Positions 59,167 through 64,000 of a stretch of 64,000 bases of DNA are shown piece by piece; within the stretch, counting starts at the first letter, position 1; each line of letters opens with the position of its first letter. The notes beneath the pieces are model-generated. The model was not told the origin of the DNA. It did not search any database and saw nothing but the letters and a program-made list of their open reading frames with translations. The position numbers and the translations under genes are program-made. The stretch comes from Eledone cirrhosa (Eukaryota): assembly GCA_964016885.1 (NCBI GenBank), contig OZ024742.1, positions 87,978,001 through 88,042,000 on the forward strand. The letters run 5' to 3'.

Positions 59167-60960
59167 CAACAATGAGCCAGTGAAAAGAAACAGGAGTAAT
59201 TATGAGAGACATAGAAACAACCATGGGGCTGTTGGTGGAAATAGAAATAGAAACAACACAACTAACAATAACAATAGCACTAGTTCACATAAAGCAGCAG
59301 CCTGGAACTCTACTTTTTATAATCCCTCCGATAAATCGTTCGAGCTATGACGAGTCCACGCCACGTCTTTACCATTTAAGAAACGCAGCCAATTGCCGTC
59401 GCAGGTCAATGAACAAACTAACACAAGAGAGGTAAGACCACAGTAATAATTACATAGACACATATGACCTTAGCAACCTGTGCCCTACAAGACCAGCAAG
59501 AGGCAGACCACCTACAATTACCTCAATGTCCAAGAAACCCCACACAGATAGATGGAATGGGTGAACGAGAGCCATACGGACACCCGAAAACCACGATGAA
59601 CAGAAGAAAATGATTGCCCATGCGGTAGGGGCCAGCATAAAACTAACCCTTAAGGAACATATGTTCAAATTTATTGGAAAAATATATGCCCAAGAGGAAG
59701 GAGCAGCCATTGGTGTTAGCATTGCAGGCGACATAGCTAACTTATTCATGGTATGTTGGGACAGTAGACTTAAACTTAAACTTAAAGAACAATTAGAAGA
59801 CCCCTTAACCCTGATAATGTACTCCCGCTACGTTGATGATATAAACATCGTAGTTAAGACACCCCCACGAGAGAACAGTCAGGAACTAGAGAGAAACACA
59901 ATGGAAAGCATCCAGCAAGTAGCTAACTCCATCCACCAGAGTATTAGAGTTACTATAGACTACCCAAGTAAACACCCCAACCATCGATTACCTGTACTAG
60001 ACACAGAGCTCTGGTTAGATACCATTAATAACAAAAAACAAATCCTCCATTCCCATTATGCCAAACCCATGACTTCCATACATCTGATCCACCGAAACTC
60101 GGCCGTTTCGGACCATACCAAAATCAACATACTGATTGCGGATTTGGTACGGGTGATGAGAAACGTGTCCCGCATGTGCAACCCCGAAGAACTAGAGAGA
60201 CACATACAACAATTCATCCACCGTATGCAGTTCTCTGGCTACAATCAGAGAGATAAAATCAGAGTGTATAGAGGAGCCAGAATCAAATGGGAAAAAATTG
60301 TAAATAATGACATACATGGGACCTGTCCCTTGTACAGGAGAAAATTTTGGAATAGAATAGAAAGAACTAGGAACAAGGCTAATAGAATAAACTCATGGTA
60401 TGATAGCAATATATACCAGAGTGTAATGTTCATCGATACAACCCCTAGAAATGAATTATCTTTCAAATTTAGAAGGGCCCTAGATAAACATAAACTCAAT
60501 ATTAAGATAGTAATAAGACCAGGTACTTCCGTAAAAATACTTATTAGCAAGACATACCCTTTTCAAAGACGCTCATGTATAGATAAGAAATGTATAACCT
60601 GTAAAATAAGCCGCCATATTAACTGTAAAACTAGAAATGTAGTGTATAGCATAAGATGTACTGAAGGACAATGTAGAGACAAAAAATATAGTGTACATAG
60701 GTGAGACAACTCGTAGTGTAGGGGAACGGATAAATGAACACTGGCGAGACCTTCAAGATAGTAAAGAATCATCTGTACTCTACCAACATTTTAAAATAGA
60801 ACACAAGGGTAAATTAGAGAACATAGAAATAAAAATAGAATCTACACACAAAAAAGACGCAATGTTTAGACAAATCACAGAGGCAATAAACATAAAAGAA
60901 TTACAACCAAAATTAAATAGAAAATATGAGTGGAACAGCAACATCACAACTTACCATTAA
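59167..60960 (+). pseudogene. Second, inverted partial copy of the PLE ORF
   Basis: ORFs 59610-60704 and 60691-60960 closely match the minus copy. An internal deletion at about 59420-59440 removes the N-terminal RT. Confidence 0.92.
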
Positions 60961-61160
60961 GGACAAAATCAAAACACACACACACATAGAAAAACAACCA
61001 ACCAGTAACATGTAAATAAACAAATAAATAAATGAACATAAACACACACAGACACCCGGATGTGGCGCATGCGCAGACTGAGCACACAACAGACACACAG
61101 AAACAAAATGGCGTAGGACAGAGCAAAGGAGAGGCACAAAAACAAAGAAAAGAATCCCCA

Positions 61161-61203
61161 GTCACTGAAGAGGTCACAGAGTGTGTGACGAAAGAACTAT
61201 GAA
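61161..61203 (+). ncRNA. Hammerhead ribozyme in inverted pLTR
   Basis: gtca-CTGAAGA-g gtcaca gagtg tgtgac-GAAA-gaac-TA-tgaa. Confidence 0.8.
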
Positions 61204-61340
61204 ATATATAAACAACTATCTGGCTGTGGAACCAACCAACCAACCAGAAATTTATAAATTTATAAATTTATTATAATAAATTGAAGTGAAAGCAACTGGT
61301 GCGTGTGTTTCTTATTGGCAACATGACACTCACAAAGTAT

Positions 61341-61409
<69 letters not shown>

Positions 61410-62059
61410 AATAAAGATTCATCGAGAATCGCATTTCGGCGGGCAGGAGGAAAGGCGAAACGAAACGCAAAAATTAGAAATGACACTGGTAAATTGCTCA
61501 ATAGATAAAAACCAGAGCTAAACGATGTGTTAAGAAGCCATACAAAACTGAAAAGGTGGTCAAGAAAGCATGAACCTGCTAAGCCAAAAAAACAAATCAA
61601 GATGAACAGGTCAAAACAAAATAAATGATAAAAAATAAATATATATTTATGATTGTATTTATAGTATATTTGGTAATATACCGTATGTTTAATTAAAACC
61701 ATTTTAAAGATCTTGCGCTATCATTTTTGAAAGTATTGACTATGACACTTACTTCTTTTTTTCGGCAAAAGAAGGGAGAGAAGATGACAGAGTATGATTC
61801 AAAATGCTTGCGATCTTCGCCTTGGCCGAAAATCATAGAAGCTGGATTCTTATAGGATTTCGGTATTAATCAGGAGCTGATTTTACCGAGCGATTGCCGG
61901 TCCAGCTAAAATTAGGTATTATATTTGGTGCTATGAAACAGCGATGTATACATGAATGTATGTATAGTATATTTGGCAATATACCTTATGTTTAATTAAA
62001 CACGTTGAAGACCTTGCGATATTATTTTTAGTATATATATATATATAGAGAGAGAGAGA

Positions 62060-62440
62060 TAAATATACACGGGTGTGTATGATTGTGTATAGAAGATGAT
62101 ATTAATAAAAGGAATTCCAACTTTGTCTGATTTACTCGTTTTATTTACAATCCTTTAACATATATAATGGTATTAGAATGAAATAGTATGGTAGAATATT
62201 AAATGTTAAGTGTTAATTGAACAAGTACTTTCATGCTTTCGCAATCTTCAGGTTCATAATGTGTGGTGACAGTCAAGTTTGCAATTTTCAACTGTTGAAA
62301 ATGTTCAGCTAAAGCATGAACGTACTTGTTCAATTAACACTTAACATTCAATATTCTACCATACTATTTCATTCTAATACCATTATATATTTTAAAGGAT
62401 TGTAAATAAAACGAGTAAATCAGACAAAGTTGGAATTCCT

Positions 62441-62446
<6 letters not shown>
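62060..62446. mobile_element. Hammerhead-bearing pLTR fold-back in (TA)n
   Basis: 62104-62239 is the reverse complement of 62311-62446, with a spacer of about 70 nt. Confidence 0.8.
62218..62256 (-). ncRNA. Minimal hammerhead ribozyme
   Basis: tgaac-CTGAAGA-t tgc gaaa gca t-GAAA-gtac-TT-gttca. Palindromic stem III agtact. Confidence 0.8.
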
Positions 62447-62528
<82 letters not shown>

Positions 62529-62750
62529 CGTGTGTAGACCAAAGAATGTAATTATATGTATTTTTGTACACCAATGTGTTTATGTACGTGTTGCGGGCGT
62601 GTGTGTGTTTATATTTATACCTTACTATTTTCTTTGTTACTTTTTCGGCTGTCTGGTCAGTTGGATGCATATACTAAATCAATAATCTGAAATGCGCTTA
62701 TGTTTGTATCTATGTATATTAACGCATGAATATAGGTGTGTATGTATGTG

Positions 62751-62835
<85 letters not shown>

Positions 62836-64000
62836 CAATGATATTAATAAATGATATTTATAAAACCATATTTATTTTATTATATATATTTCAAGGCTAC
62901 TAAAACCTTTGCTACGCTCTCATTAGATAAAATACAAAATGTCTTTCATAAATAATGACATACCCCAGAAACCAGACCATATCAGACAGTGAAAGGAAAA
63001 AAGAAAAAATTCATATCTTTAAATGTAGTAGAAGCGTTCACTGAAAAAGTCGTTATATTTAGACGCTAGGTAAATTTAAATAATTATTAGAATACTTTAT
63101 AAGGGAAGAAGAAAGTAGAAAGAGAGGCTAATATTAATATTGTAGTCTAAGTAAATTTAAAAATTAAAAATTAAAAATGCGTTGAAGTGGTATAATACTA
63201 ATGCAGAAATTTAAAAATATATAACCAAATCATGAGTTATAATATTATATAGATAATCCTTATAATTAGATTTTATGAAGAATTAAGGTGGTAAGTACAC
63301 TTAAGCTTATTATATTACAACAGGTCAAGTATATAAATATTTATATAAATAAATAAAAATATAAATATTATTGGTGAATGTTGTTATTTTAAATAGATAA
63401 ATAATTCTAATATTACTATATAATTTAAGGGTTACGAAATATATTGTGTTTACATTTCAATATATAGTTAAGAAAAATACGTAGTTCAAATTTTATTACA
63501 GAAGAACTTTTTGTACTTTCAAATAGTTCCATCAAGATAGAAAACATTTACCGAAAATTATTAAGTTAACGAAATTATCGAGAATTTATTATTTGTTTTG
63601 TTAAGAAGAGAGGATGTTTATGCGTGCTACATTATAAAGGAAAAGATAACTCCAATATTTCTTAGTTGCACTATTTACGTTATATTTGTCATATATTTTA
63701 GAATTTACTTTAAAAAAGCGGAATGTATGTATTCTGTGCATGATTATAATGTATTTTATATTACTTGTTTTCAAAGATGAGAATTTAGTTTATATATGTA
63801 TTTAGAAATTATCTATATATATTCAATTATATATATTCAGTTAGGAATAAAATAGTATTACACACATCATGAGTGTATTTAGAAACTATCACAAAGTGGA
63901 TGTATTTCAAAATATCAATTAAAACATATCAATAAAAAAACATTAAAAAGAATATCAATTGGAAAAGAATATCATTTGTAAAAATAATTTGTAATAATAT

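Larger units (their letters stand above)
54841..61348. mobile_element. Penelope-like (Neptune-like) head-to-head composite insertion in (TA)n
   Basis: A near full-length minus copy (upstream partial pLTR 58890-59165, ORF, downstream pLTR 54841-55290) is joined to an inverted, 5'-truncated and internally deleted plus copy (59167-61348). Confidence 0.95.

Overview
AT-rich animal genomic DNA with no recognisable host protein-coding gene. The SINE family and dense (TA)n/(CA)n/(TAA)n microsatellites suggest a cephalopod, probably Octopus (inference). The window is an archive of retroelement insertions: Penelope-like elements (PLEs: four Naiad-type remnants and one 6.5-kb Neptune-like head-to-head pair), R4/Dong-type REL LINEs, an L1/Tx1 element, CR1/L2-, RTE- and CRE-like fragments, a probable Gypsy integrase relic and about 8 copies of a tRNA-derived SINE. 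Most short ORFs in the track are microsatellite translations (YIYIY). The main observation is that many apparent MITE-like palindromes are pairs of Penelope pseudo-LTRs carrying minimal hammerhead ribozymes (CUGANGA...GAAA-palindrome-UH). About 8 unrelated sequence families occur. Wherever polarity can be read the pairs are arranged with both RNA 3' ends pointing outward, usually into (TA)n, and one arm is often shorter and ends at an internal TA-like microhomology. A 118-bp element has the same two ends as the 6.5-kb PLE. A separate (TAA)n tract hosts a pile-up of R4/Dong, SINE and Tx1 elements. All alignments, folds and translations were done by eye; boundaries are approximate.
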